A stretch of DNA of 64,000 nucleotides from contig NC_079239.1 in the NCBI RefSeq assembly GCF_027921745.1, positions 2,046,001 to 2,110,000 on the forward strand, read 5' to 3'. The stretch is from Schizosaccharomyces osmophilus. Taxonomy: Eukaryota. Made by a program: the position numbers and the translations under genes. Positions 1-11,253 of this stretch are shown piece after piece (the stretch's first letter is position 1; every line of letters begins with the position of its first letter). The notes beneath the pieces were generated by a model, which was not told the origin of the DNA, made no database searches, and saw nothing but the letters and a program-made list of their open reading frames with translations.

Positions 1-540
1 CTGCCAACCATCTTATAAATAGCGTCAACGATCTGAAGCATTTCATTATATGAAATCAACCCATTGTTATCCAGGTCATATAATTGGAATGCCCATACCA
101 ACTTGTCGTCAAGAGTACCTCTAGATGTGACGCTTAAAGCGCAGATAAATTCCTTAAAATCAATCGTTCCATTCTTGTCTGTATCAAAGACATTAAAGAC
201 GTATTCTGCAAATGCCGAGGGGTCGCCAAAAGGAAAAAACTGCTTATAAATTTTCTGAAATTCTTCTTTATTCAGATTACCAGAAGGACAGTCTTTAAAG
301 AATCCTTAAGCAAGGGTTAGCGTCTTGTCTGGAAAAGCAAAAGCGCGTTCAAGCAGACATTGCCGAGATTGAACTCGTCTGCAGAAGCATACCTTTATAC
401 CATTGCTGTAGCTCCTTTTTATCAACTACAAATAGTTAAACTTCTGAACTTTGAAAGTCATAAAGTTCCTACGTACACCTTGTAGAGCGAACCAATTCTT
501 GAAGTTGATCCTGTGACAACTTGGACTGAGATTTTCCCAT
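1..540 (-). CDS. ncs1: Neuronal calcium sensor/frequenin (EF-hand, N-myristoylated); runs off the left edge; introns 426-476 and 305-392
   Basis: Manual splicing gives [41 protein letters not shown]...[13 protein letters not shown]...[13 protein letters not shown]. It has an MGxxxS myristoylation motif and EF-hand loops. The ORF track missed it. Confidence 0.95.
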
Positions 541-621
541 AATTTTTTAATTATTGGATAACGAAGATGTTTATTTAATTGAGAAAAAAAACAGTAAACC
601 AAAGGAAAGTTGAATTAAAAA

Positions 622-644
622 CAGCCACAAATACCAGAGGCGCA
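622..644. promoter_or_regulatory. Two calcineurin-dependent response element (Crz1/Prz1)-like sites upstream of ncs1
   Basis: CAGCCAC at 622-628 and GAGGCGCA at 637-644 (fits GNGGCKCA), 80-100 nt upstream of the ncs1 ATG. Confidence 0.55.
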
Positions 645-1341
645 GACTCAACCATCGGTTTGGTAAAATCATATTGTATGACAAAGGAATAGAGTAATAT
701 TACTATACCAAGAAGTGTAAATATTTGTAAACAGAGGAAGTGTGAACTGGCATGAATTATTAAAAAAGATTGTAAACTAAATTAATCAAATGGAAGGTTT
801 TTAATCAATTTTTGACAAGATTGATGTCTTTCTCTACGAACTGGGCAACGTAAAGACGAGGTTTCCAGTTTCATAATTGAACTCACGCATTGCCATCCAA
901 CCGTCGATTTTCCTTTCAATGGCTCATTTTGAAAAGCATTTTTCAGACAGTTTCTTTCAACCTTAGAATGGCCGTAGAACTCCATCGCTGCTTCCGCAAA
1001 CAACTCGACTAGAGTCCCTTCCTAGAAAATCATCATTTTTAAAGAAAAAAAAGGTAATAATCAGCCTGAAAATTAAAAAAATTAAAACTAAAAAAGGCTC
1101 TAATTCCTATATACAATGAACAAGAAGTATTTTTACTATCGAAATCTAAATACGATATTTTATTAAGACATTATATTAAAGAGAATATGAGTGAGTAGGA
1201 TACCCAAACTTTCGTCCATAACCGGACTGATTTCCTTGGGTCTTTTAAACTTGATTGAATCCTTTTTCTATTTTAAACGTGATTTCTGACAGAATCTGTT
1301 TTTACCGAGTAAAATGCCCTCGTTCATGAAGATTTCCTCCT

Positions 1342-2592
1342 ATGCAGCAGTTGACCTCCACCACCATTCGGGGAATCAGAATTTTCAGTTCTTTACGGCA
1401 AAAAGGAATGTACAAGCGTCCAAAGAGGGATTGCTTGGAGAATTGTGAATACGTCTATCATGGCGATGGTTTAAGACGCGTTCCACCCTATCATTACGAA
1501 TACATAACTTTTGCAAAACTTCGCTGGTATGGAAAAACGCTTTTGGAAGTGTTCAGCACGGAGTTCCGAGACCGTGAGCCAGGATATTACGAAAAGGCCA
1601 TCCGTGGTGGTCAAGTGAGTGTCAATCATAAAGTTGGAAATGTGGATACTATCATCAACAATGGTTATATAGTCTCACATCACGCTCACCGTCATGAACC
1701 TCCTGTTTCTGATCAGCCGGTTGTTATTGTCCATGAAGATGAAAAGTTTGTTGTAGTAGATAAGCCTGCAGGAATCCCAGTCCATCCCACAGGACGTTAC
1801 AACCACAATACTGTTCTTCACATTCTGATGAAGGAAAACAAATGTCCTTTTCTATATCCTTGCAACCGGCTTGACCGTTTGACGTCTGGGCTGATGTTTT
1901 TTTCAAAAACTTCAAAGGCTGCCGAAGAGATGCGCGTTTATATGATTAGTAAGGCTTTGAACAAAGAGTACGTCGCCAGAGTGGTTGGGGAATTCCCTGC
2001 CGACAAAGAAATAACCTGTGACGCACGTCTTCTTACTGTTGCTCCTACTCTCGGACTAAACCGAGTTCACCCAGATGGGAAAGAAGCTGTTACTGTATTT
2101 CGTAGAATTGCTTTTGATGGAAATACCTCCCTTGTTCATTGTAAGCCTTTAACTGGAAGAACGCATCAACTTCGTGTTCATTTACAATACCTGGGTCATC
2201 CGATTGCAAATGACCCAATTTATGCAAATAGACGAGTCTGGGGCTCATCCCTTGGAAAAAACGGAGACGGTGATAATGCTTCTGTAATTACGCGTCTTTC
2301 TGAAATTGGTAAGACGGAGACGGCTTCCCCTTTGTTACAGTATGAATGGTATACGAACGAGACACAGGCAGAAGCAAAAGCTCGTAGAGATAAGCGAATT
2401 GGTGAACTCTTGACTGGTGAACATTGTGAAGTATGTGGATCACCTTTGTATACCGACCCTAGTCCAGAGGAACTTGGAATTTGGCTCCATGCTTTACGCT
2501 ATGAGAGCGACGAATGGTCATATAAAACGGATTATCCTGTATGGGCCTTGAAAGTTAGGGAACGAGATCCAGCTGCGTCTCCTTTACCCTGA
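1342..2592 (+). CDS. RluA-family tRNA pseudouridine synthase (Pus9/Rib2-like)
   Basis: 416-aa ORF with motifs [13 protein letters not shown], catalytic NRLDRLTSG and [12 protein letters not shown]. Confidence 0.93.
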   Translation: MQQLTSTTIRGIRIFSSLRQKGMYKRPKRDCLENCEYVYHGDGLRRVPPYHYEYITFAKLRWYGKTLLEVFSTEFRDREPGYYEKAIRGGQVSVNHKVGNVDTIINNGYIVSHHAHRHEPPVSDQPVVIVHEDEKFVVVDKPAGIPVHPTGRYNHNTVLHILMKENKCPFLYPCNRLDRLTSGLMFFSKTSKAAEEMRVYMISKALNKEYVARVVGEFPADKEITCDARLLTVAPTLGLNRVHPDGKEAVTVFRRIAFDGNTSLVHCKPLTGRTHQLRVHLQYLGHPIANDPIYANRRVWGSSLGKNGDGDNASVITRLSEIGKTETASPLLQYEWYTNETQAEAKARRDKRIGELLTGEHCEVCGSPLYTDPSPEELGIWLHALRYESDEWSYKTDYPVWALKVRERDPAASPLP

Positions 2593-3043
2593 CTGTTGTC
2601 TAAATTGCGCTCTTTGAAATTAAACTCCAAACTCCTGTACATTAGTAATTTAGAATACTTTAGAACTTTTTTTTGTACAAAAGAGACGGTTACCGTCATG
2701 GATTTACGGAATAAATTAAGTTTTTTGTAGTTTGATTGGTTTTAATGAATGCCTTACCTAGTAAGTATTACAGCTTCTGTTCAGTATGGAAAAATCACTT
2801 GTACGTACATGGTCATTTCTACTGATGGATAATTTCTCGTAAACAAATATATAAACACAGAAAAGAGCAATGATACTAAAACAGAAAACCTCTGCCATGA
2901 GTCCTTTCATCCCAACTCGTTACTTCATCTTCAAGTAACTGACAAACCATGACCGATTTGTGATTTAGAGAGAGCTAACTTGGTAAGAACGGGATGTTAC
3001 TATCTTGCTTTGACTTAAATTCGTCTATCTAATGTGAATTGTG

Positions 3044-4483
3044 ATGGGAGTTCAAGGTTTGCTACCGATGCTTCGGAGAATTGCTCCTGAATGTATTCAG
3101 TCAATCGCAGTAAGCGCGTTTTCCAACTTATGCCCTGTCGTCGCCATAGATGGAACATTGCTGCTTATAAGGAACTTTCGCTCACAATCTACTGCTTTAA
3201 ACTATAGCTATAATCATGTTAATTGGGCATTCAAGCTTTCTAGGTATTGTCGGAGACAAAAAATAACGCCAATCGTTGTGTTTGATAATCCAATTCCAAA
3301 CGAACATAAAGCAGAGGAGCACGAAAAGAGGCAATTGACAAAAGCAAATATTGTGAAAGACCGTGATAATATTTCCAAACGTGCATCTCTTCAAGAGAAC
3401 TTTGAATCGGTTTTGCTCAATCGGGCAAAACCATGTATTGTTTCTGATTGCGAGACACTTCTTTTTTCGCTCGAGAATTTACTTGAAGATGTGCAATTGG
3501 AACATTCAAAACTTTCCGTACCATATGAACAAGAAGATTTAGAATCCACTCAAAAGTCAAGGGAAATTCAAAGCCCTTCACCGAATCCCATAGACAAACA
3601 GGAAAAACAGAAAAAATTAGAAAACATTAAGGAGCTTTATAACCAGCTGGTAAGTTTTTTGAGCGACTTGGACCCTTCTTCAGATGTAAAAGCATACCTC
3701 GAAACCGTGAAGCCAAGCTCTGATTTGCCATACCTAAAATTATGTGTCCTATATTTATTGGGAAAACTTGAACTGGACGTTTTACGAATATATAGACTTA
3801 AAATACAAGAGGAACTGGAAAAATATGAGCGTCGTCTTTACTCTCCAAGCAAACAACATTTTGAGGAGTTGATTGAGCTTCTAAAGATTTTGAATATTCC
3901 AGCGACTTATGCTCCCGTAGCAATTGAAGCTGAAGCATTTGCTTCTGCCATATATAAGAAGAATTTGGCTACTGTTGTTGCTACTCAAGACACTGATACA
4001 TTGGCATTAGGTGCTCCCATGGTGTCAAACTTTTTAGATAATTCAGAATTGGCTTACCATTCTCTTACCTATATAAATCCGATGCGAATTTGCAATAGCC
4101 TGAGCATTACTCATAGACAGTTTCAACTATATTGCCTTATGTGTGGAACTGATTTTTCTACTCGAATTCCTAAGATAGGTCCGGTACGTGCTTTAGAGGT
4201 TATTCAAAAGCATAAAGATATTTCTTGTGTACTAAACGATATATCCCTTTCTAGCAGATTTAACGTACCAGAAGATTATGAAAAAATGATTGAGGTTGCT
4301 CTTAAACGTTTTACTGACTTGCCAAATAAAAACGAGTTCTTTCACTTTATAAATGCAAGCCCAAAAAGCTTTTTGCAAATGTCCGATGATTACTATTTGG
4401 ATCTAGAGAGGCAAGCATTAAAGCTCTTTAACTTGCAACCTGATTATGTTCAGTATAACGTCCTTGGGTACTATTATTTTTGA
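3044..4483 (+). CDS. XPG/FEN1-family structure-specific nuclease
   Basis: N-terminal MGVQGL, AIDG and VVFD; I-region EAEA, QDTD and GTDF; H3TH motif PKIGPVRA. First ATG at 3044. Confidence 0.88.
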   Translation: MGVQGLLPMLRRIAPECIQSIAVSAFSNLCPVVAIDGTLLLIRNFRSQSTALNYSYNHVNWAFKLSRYCRRQKITPIVVFDNPIPNEHKAEEHEKRQLTKANIVKDRDNISKRASLQENFESVLLNRAKPCIVSDCETLLFSLENLLEDVQLEHSKLSVPYEQEDLESTQKSREIQSPSPNPIDKQEKQKKLENIKELYNQLVSFLSDLDPSSDVKAYLETVKPSSDLPYLKLCVLYLLGKLELDVLRIYRLKIQEELEKYERRLYSPSKQHFEELIELLKILNIPATYAPVAIEAEAFASAIYKKNLATVVATQDTDTLALGAPMVSNFLDNSELAYHSLTYINPMRICNSLSITHRQFQLYCLMCGTDFSTRIPKIGPVRALEVIQKHKDISCVLNDISLSSRFNVPEDYEKMIEVALKRFTDLPNKNEFFHFINASPKSFLQMSDDYYLDLERQALKLFNLQPDYVQYNVLGYYYF

Positions 4484-4656
4484 TATATTCGTTTTTAACA
4501 AAAATATTATGATATGAGAGGAATGATTTCTAATTACTATTGTTCAACCAGAACAGAAGAGAAAAATGGATTCATTATTCTTTTCGTAAGAAACCTAAAG
4601 ACCCAACGAAAATTCAATACCATCCTAAAATTAAAAACAACTAATTATTAATAAGT

Positions 4657-6178
4657 TTAGCTTTTTGCTAACTTTAAACGAAGAATAACCTCAAACTGTG
4701 AATGTTAGTAGTGTATCATTTAACCGAACGAACATACCATAAAAACAATCATGAACAAAGTAATTAGAATAATGATAATCCATGTTATGGAATTCATTTT
4801 TCTGTCTGCACTTGATTTCCCAAAAATATCAAGCATGTCGAATATAACCTTACAACGCTTGTTTAAAACATTCGTCCGAGGCCCAATTTCTAAATATTGT
4901 CGAAATGCTGTGTACAAAGGAAGTAGCAAAGGTTCTGAATCCCATAAAAATTCCGGTGTATCCAAGACATTACTGATTAGATTTACATCTACACGTAACT
5001 GAAATAAATGCCCACTCATTCGAATAACCTCGGCCCTAGAGAGGCCCAGATGGCCATATAAAGCAAGTTTTTTTGGGAAAACTAGGGCCGAATTCATTGT
5101 CACGTCTGTCCGAAGTTCAAACCTAGAAAGCTTGACGGATTGTGCAAGAGCATGAGACATTACTAGTTTCATTTTGATATCAGCAGAGGGAATATGAATC
5201 ATATCGTTATAAATACGAGGCCGTTTGGTATGCGGAGCGTAATGAAAATGTAAATCTTCGACCTCGCATTCCTCCTCAGCCAAAGGTTTTATCATCAATG
5301 AGTTCTCACCCCCTGCAAATGTTAAATCTGCTAAAATGTCTTTTTCCTGACCTAGAGTGAAATTCCAAAACACTATGACACCATAAGAATAAACAAAAAC
5401 TAAAAAAAAAAGTTAGCAGGTCAACATTATGATAATACATACTTTCTGAAATGCGGTACATTTGAGCAATTGAACTTGCAGACGGAGAAGTGCTGGAGGT
5501 GGATTCCTCATTCAATTGTTGTTGTGATTGATCGGAAGAGGTAGAAGGAGAATCTTCTTGCTCCGTTGACGGTGGAGGGCCACTGGCAATTCGGCAGGAG
5601 TCTGATCTACCATACACTAATGGTAAATGGTAAACAGCGTACAAAGTTTCATCGTATTTTCTCGGTCTAACCTTGTGATACGTTCTCAAAAAATGTTTCA
5701 CCTTTGGTAATTGAAAGGCGTCGCATATAGAATAAGCTGTGGCTCTTGGAAATCCCAATTCCTCTCTTTTGTCCTTTGAAAGGTTTTCCGACTTAATCAT
5801 GTTATACGAACTCAGCGGCACCATATCTTCATAAACACTGGGATCTTCTTCAAATGAATTGACAGCATGATCTTCAGGCAGAAGTACTAGCTTTTGCGAT
5901 GTTTTTGTCGTCCGTTGAGGAATATGAGAATTTGCATCCACATGACGATTCTTGAGTAGCCAACCTAATGGGTGATCTATTTTTTGTGCATTATTTTTTC
6001 GCTGGAATAGTTCCTGGGCTGATGATATTCGATGATTTCCAAACCCAGGAGGACTATGCCGTTGCGGCGTCAAACGAGAGTATTCAGAACTTACTGGAGG
6101 AGAGATGTGAACTGGGGTTGATAGCTTCGTATTAATTGTCCGTTTTGGAGGCAACGTAGGCCGCTGTTTATTCGACAT
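4657..6178 (-). CDS. sif3: Sif3/RMD1 (DUF155) family protein; introns 5400-5442 and 4696-4737
   Basis: ORFs 5306-6241 and 4720-5373 join through a GTATGT...CTAAC...TAG intron. It contains FVYSYGVIVFWNF, SHALAQSVKL and a C-terminal WIIIILI transmembrane segment. Confidence 0.85.
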
Positions 6179-6338
6179 TACCGTCTCCAAAAATTGAAGT
6201 TTGTTCTGTACAATGCTCCCTGGTAATTGCTTTATTCGCACAAGCTATAATTATATTACGAATCGCATGAATAACATAATGTCATAAGTAATATTCATAT
6301 TTCATTATTTAACGCGCTGTCTTTTATATCATTAAAAG

Positions 6339-6349
6339 GTAAACAAACA
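6339..6349 (+). promoter_or_regulatory. FLEX-like forkhead (Mei4/Fkh2) site
   Basis: GTAAACAAACA, 160 nt upstream of the sif3 ATG, in the sif3/pfs2 divergent promoter. Confidence 0.45.
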
Positions 6350-7105
6350 TTTCTCAGTAAAAAATAAGAAAATAAAACACTCTTTGTCAGAATGGTTAAG
6401 CTGGTATATTTATGCTTTAAAAGAGATTTAAAATCTTTCAAATGATTGAACTTCGTTTTCAGAGTCTTACGCGGGCATATATACTTACAGAAGCAAAACG
6501 TCTGTATGCATTTTTCGTGTGACATGAAAAGCAATGATTCTACATCAATCAAATTATTCATTGATTTTATTCTTCGATAGATCGGGTTTCAGGCTACAGA
6601 ACGTGAATTGATATACGATGAACTATAACTTGAGGGCTTATTGGGATCATTCAACAATGAATAATGGACAAGTAAAACAAAATGAACTTAATTGTTAACT
6701 AAGAAACGACGGGAATATTATGATGGCCTACAACCCGATTTCTTAGGCATCCAACTTTATTTACTGCTTTAAAAACGAAATTGCAACTTGAGGTTCTTGT
6801 AGATTTCCTTCAAGTCACCTTTTATTTCCTTTCAGATTTTAGCAAAAAGAGAAGAGAAACATACTTTTTTGAGCAAATGTCTCTTGCATTGATGGATTGA
6901 AAGGCATCCTATCCTCCATTCATCTTTATACGCAGCACCACTTCCAACATAAAGGTAGAGCGTGAATCGGACTTTCTTTGAATTCATCCCAATCTAATAG
7001 ACAATATCACTGTGAATTATTATACGAAGGAAATAAAAGCATCCGACCTTGTTGAATTTCTCTGTTATAAAGTTTTCAAATAAACGTTTGATTTTTACAG
7101 TAAGA

Positions 7106-8644
7106 ATGGAGCGCGCCGAAAATGCTAGAATTATTCAAAAGCCTATGACGAGAAGAACCGTTGACTATGGCTCTAATCTTTCCCAATATGTTTTGAACCG
7201 GCATCTTCGAAGCAATATGTATCACGTACATGTCCCCAGACCCAATCCTAATCACATTCTTAATCAATATCCTCCATGCGAATATAAATACAACTACGCT
7301 AACTCTCTATGTACAAAGTATATTCACACGTCCGCAAACAAGGCACGACATGTTATTAACGTCGTGCGGTGGACACCAGATGGCAGAAGACTTTTAACGG
7401 GTTCCTCCACAGGAGAATTTACTTTGTGGAACGGTCTAACATTTAATTTTGAGCTCATTAACCAGAGTCATGATTATGCGGTTCGATGCGCCGAATGGAG
7501 CTCAGACGGCCGCTGGCTCATTTCTGGTGACGGAGGTGGTATCATCAAGTATTTTGAACCGAATTTGAATAATGTGAAAATCCTCCAAGCTCATGAAATG
7601 GAAATTCGAGATGTAGCTTTCTCACCGAACGATAGTAAGTTTGTTACTGCTAGTGACGACGGTTCTCTGAAGATTTGGAATTTCCAGATGAGCACTGAAG
7701 AACAAAAGCTCACAGGACATGGTTGGGATGTTAAGACGGTGGATTGGCACCCTTCCAAGGGTCTTTTGGCATCTGGTTCCAAAGACAATTTAGTGAAATT
7801 TTGGGATCCTCGTACTGCTTCCTGTCTTGCTACATTACATGGACACAAAAATACGATAATGCAGGCAAGCTTTCAAAACGGTTTTGGGAATAATTACCTT
7901 GCTACTGTTTCAAGAGATAGCACCTGTCGGATTTTCGATTTACGAGTTATGAAAGATATCCGAGTTTTGCGTGGCCATGAGAAAGATATTAATTGTGTTA
8001 CATGGCACCCCATCCATGGTAACTTACTTACTACTGGTGGCTCTGATGGAAGCGTCAATCATTACAGTTTGGACGAGCCACCTGTTTATTCCCAGCAAAA
8101 ATATCACGAAAAACATCCCCAGACCACCCTTTCATCTTCTTCCCATTTGTTATATCCTACTGCTGAAATTCCTTATGCTCACGAACTCGGTATATGGAGT
8201 ATGCAATATCATCCGCTAGGCCATTTACTTTGCACTGGTTCCAATGATAAAACCACGAGATTTTGGTCAAGGTCTCGTCCAGATGATGAAGAATCCTTCT
8301 TGGACCGCCATCATTTGGGTGAAGAACAATCTGAAGCTGTTATTGGACAGAGACGCGCGGTAGCGGAAGAAGAAGATGCCTATGAGCCTGATGAAATTTC
8401 ACCGATGGAAAACTTATCGAACGTGAACAAGCCTTATCCTTCTATGCCTACCTTGCCAGGTTTAGGAAATGCACCTGGATTTGCACCTTCTGCAGCTGCT
8501 GCCGCATCTTCAGCGAATCCACAAATTCCCGGAATGACGCATGCTTCTACTCAAAATTACGGAAATCCCTCTCCATCAACTGGCCCGTTTATTCCAGGTT
8601 TAGGCTCTCGTCATCAGGATCCTTATTCACAGTCCTATCGTTAA
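7106..8644 (+). CDS. pfs2: WD40 polyadenylation factor Pfs2/WDR33
   Basis: RRTVDY N-terminal motif, VRWTPDGRRLLTGSSTGEFTLWNG, WD repeats and a Pro/Gly-rich tail. First ATG at 7106. Confidence 0.95.
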   Translation: MERAENARIIQKPMTRRTVDYGSNLSQYVLNRHLRSNMYHVHVPRPNPNHILNQYPPCEYKYNYANSLCTKYIHTSANKARHVINVVRWTPDGRRLLTGSSTGEFTLWNGLTFNFELINQSHDYAVRCAEWSSDGRWLISGDGGGIIKYFEPNLNNVKILQAHEMEIRDVAFSPNDSKFVTASDDGSLKIWNFQMSTEEQKLTGHGWDVKTVDWHPSKGLLASGSKDNLVKFWDPRTASCLATLHGHKNTIMQASFQNGFGNNYLATVSRDSTCRIFDLRVMKDIRVLRGHEKDINCVTWHPIHGNLLTTGGSDGSVNHYSLDEPPVYSQQKYHEKHPQTTLSSSSHLLYPTAEIPYAHELGIWSMQYHPLGHLLCTGSNDKTTRFWSRSRPDDEESFLDRHHLGEEQSEAVIGQRRAVAEEEDAYEPDEISPMENLSNVNKPYPSMPTLPGLGNAPGFAPSAAAAASSANPQIPGMTHASTQNYGNPSPSTGPFIPGLGSRHQDPYSQSYR

Positions 8645-9043
8645 GTGTTTTCCTATTTTTCAGCAATCCTTCGATGAGAATATCCAAAGAAGAATTACTA
8701 CACGTATGCTACTAATTTGATACTATGAGACGTTCTTTCTTTTATTGCTCTACCTAAATTCCGCTTCAGAAATGAATGCAAAACGATCGTTTTATTTTCC
8801 ACAAAGCTCAATACTTACCATTTTTATTGCTTCTTTTACTTTCTTGTTTAACGCATATTAACGCGGAATACAGAAGTTGCTGTAAGAAGAATCTGAAAAT
8901 TGTGCAACAAAATCACCACAAAATTTTAAAGAGTCGGATGTGGTCATTGTTTAAGGATTGACTCTCAAATTTGCGGATTTGTACAAACAAGGGACCATTT
9001 CTACATTGATATTATTTGGTGATAACTCCCTTTGGCTTGGGAA

Positions 9044-11074
9044 ATGGCTAAAAAAAGTACATTCTCCAAAGCAAACAAGGCTAATAAAATAAAAAAGAAA
9101 TCAAAATTTGATGAACGAGAACCTTTACCTAGAAGGATTTTTAAAAAAGGCGATAGGAATCGCAGATTTAAAAATAATGATGGAAAAAGGAAATCGGAAT
9201 ACCCCGACGAATTGGAAGTGAACAATAACTTTAGTCTTTTGGAACAGGAACAGGAGGAGAACAGGAAAGAACGTGAAGGCACCCAGCATTCACGACAAAA
9301 AGATAGTACCAGTGATTTCTTAAAGCCGTCAGTGAATCAGTCGGGACGAGTCGATCCTTTGGAAACCCTAGAAAAGTTAGATCTTCCGGAAGAAGCAATC
9401 AAGAAAGGAGCGCCCTCGATCTTAGTAGGTTTAGAGAAGCTGAATGGTAAGACTGAAAAGCCAGGACCAGAACCAAAGAACGCTGTAGATGAAAATGCAG
9501 ATTATATTGGTTTCGATTGGAATAGTGACGAAGATGTAAAGGACACTTCGAAAAAGGAAGCAAATGATGTTGGACCTAATAACATTCCTGGCTTTATGCA
9601 AAATAACGGTCGGTTTTTCCACGAGGCCAGCAAACCAAATGAGGATATCAGTAGGAAGAGAAAGCGTATGGCATACGAGATTGATCCTAGCTCTTGCCCT
9701 TGGCATAGACCTTACAAAGCAGATGTTGAAGTATCTCGACTCTTGCATCAGGATATAAACCAATTTGTTGAATATATAACGCCGACGCCGGAAGAACATG
9801 CTGTTCGAAAATCTTTAATTTCGCGAATTAATAGCGCGGTTTTAAAGAAATGGCCAGATGTTTCCGTATACGTATTTGGAAGTTTTGAAACCCGTCTTTA
9901 TCTTCCTACCTCTGATCTTGATATGGTAATAATGTCTTCGGATAGTCATTATCGTGGAAGCAAGAAGGACATGTTTGTCTTGGCCCATCACCTGAGGAAG
10001 TGTAAAGTCGCTACTGATATACAAGTTATTACTACCGCTAATGTGCCTATTATCAAATTTGTGGATCCCATAACAAAGATCCATGTCGATGCATCTTTTA
10101 ACCAAGCGGGTGGTTTGAAAACTTGCCTGGTCGTTAACGGCTTTTTGAAGAAATACCCTGCTCTCCGTCCTCTTGTAATTATTGTTAAACATTACCTAAA
10201 CATGCGCGCTCTAAATGAGGTGTTTTTGGGTGGTCTTAGCAGTTACGCTATTGTTTGTTTGGTGGTCTCTTTTCTTCAACTTCATCCGAGATTAAGTACT
10301 GGCTCCATTCGTGAAGAAGATAATTACGGGGTTTTGCTTTTAGAATTTTTAGAACTTTATGGTAAGCGTTTCTATTACGATGCAGTCGGTATTGCCGTTC
10401 ACAATGGTGGATTTTATTTTTCAAAGAAAAAGCAAGGATGGTTAAGACCAAATCAACCTTATTTGTTATCTATTATGGATCCTGTTGAATTCACTAATGA
10501 TGTGTCGAAATCTAGTCGAGGTCTACTCCGCGTTAAAGCTACCCTGGGTAATGGATTTGACTTATTAACAAATGAGTTATTTGCGCTCGCTTCTAGGATT
10601 GAGCGAGAGGGATCACGTAGAGCAAGTGATTTCCCTAGTATCTTGGGCAGCATCATTTCTGTGGATGAAGGTGTTCGTAAACATAGAGTTCACATGCTGA
10701 ATTGTTTTAATGAGCATCCTATTCCATTAGAGCCGATGGTTGACGTTGAACAACTCTCTAGTATTGATGTTGATCATCTTCCTACGGATAATGTAGATTT
10801 ACAGTTTGTGGAAGATGAATCTGATTCAGATGAGGTTGAACAGGAGACGGATGAGTTAGTAGGAAAAAAAGGGCTAAGCGACCTTCAAGAGATTGATCAA
10901 AATCAAGGGTTGTCAGATGCTTCGGATTCTCGTATGAATGCAAAAGATCTATTTAATATTGACGAAGAAAGCTCCGAAGAGTACGAGAAAAACAACGATG
11001 AGCCCACTCGCGACTATCAAAGGTCTGACGAAGAGGAGTCGCGTGCGACAAAAGTGAGAAGGAAGACTCGATGA
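9044..11074 (+). CDS. cid14: TRAMP poly(A) polymerase Cid14 (Trf4/5 family)
   Basis: Nucleotidyltransferase motif FGSFETRLYLPTSDLDMV, PAP-associated domain, basic N-terminus and acidic C-terminus. Confidence 0.93.
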   Translation: MAKKSTFSKANKANKIKKKSKFDEREPLPRRIFKKGDRNRRFKNNDGKRKSEYPDELEVNNNFSLLEQEQEENRKEREGTQHSRQKDSTSDFLKPSVNQSGRVDPLETLEKLDLPEEAIKKGAPSILVGLEKLNGKTEKPGPEPKNAVDENADYIGFDWNSDEDVKDTSKKEANDVGPNNIPGFMQNNGRFFHEASKPNEDISRKRKRMAYEIDPSSCPWHRPYKADVEVSRLLHQDINQFVEYITPTPEEHAVRKSLISRINSAVLKKWPDVSVYVFGSFETRLYLPTSDLDMVIMSSDSHYRGSKKDMFVLAHHLRKCKVATDIQVITTANVPIIKFVDPITKIHVDASFNQAGGLKTCLVVNGFLKKYPALRPLVIIVKHYLNMRALNEVFLGGLSSYAIVCLVVSFLQLHPRLSTGSIREEDNYGVLLLEFLELYGKRFYYDAVGIAVHNGGFYFSKKKQGWLRPNQPYLLSIMDPVEFTNDVSKSSRGLLRVKATLGNGFDLLTNELFALASRIEREGSRRASDFPSILGSIISVDEGVRKHRVHMLNCFNEHPIPLEPMVDVEQLSSIDVDHLPTDNVDLQFVEDESDSDEVEQETDELVGKKGLSDLQEIDQNQGLSDASDSRMNAKDLFNIDEESSEEYEKNNDEPTRDYQRSDEEESRATKVRRKTR

Positions 11075-11253
11075 GTTTTAGTATAGATAAAAAATATCTT
11101 TTGCTGGGTAAAAGAAGATTGACTTTTTTTTTGGGATAGACGTTACCTAATGAGATTCTAATGTTTGTCAAAAGAAAGTGTAAATTAATTCAATAGCTCG
11201 TTAAACCGTAAAAGAACAGTTAAATCTAAAAACAGAAACGCCAACGAAATGAG

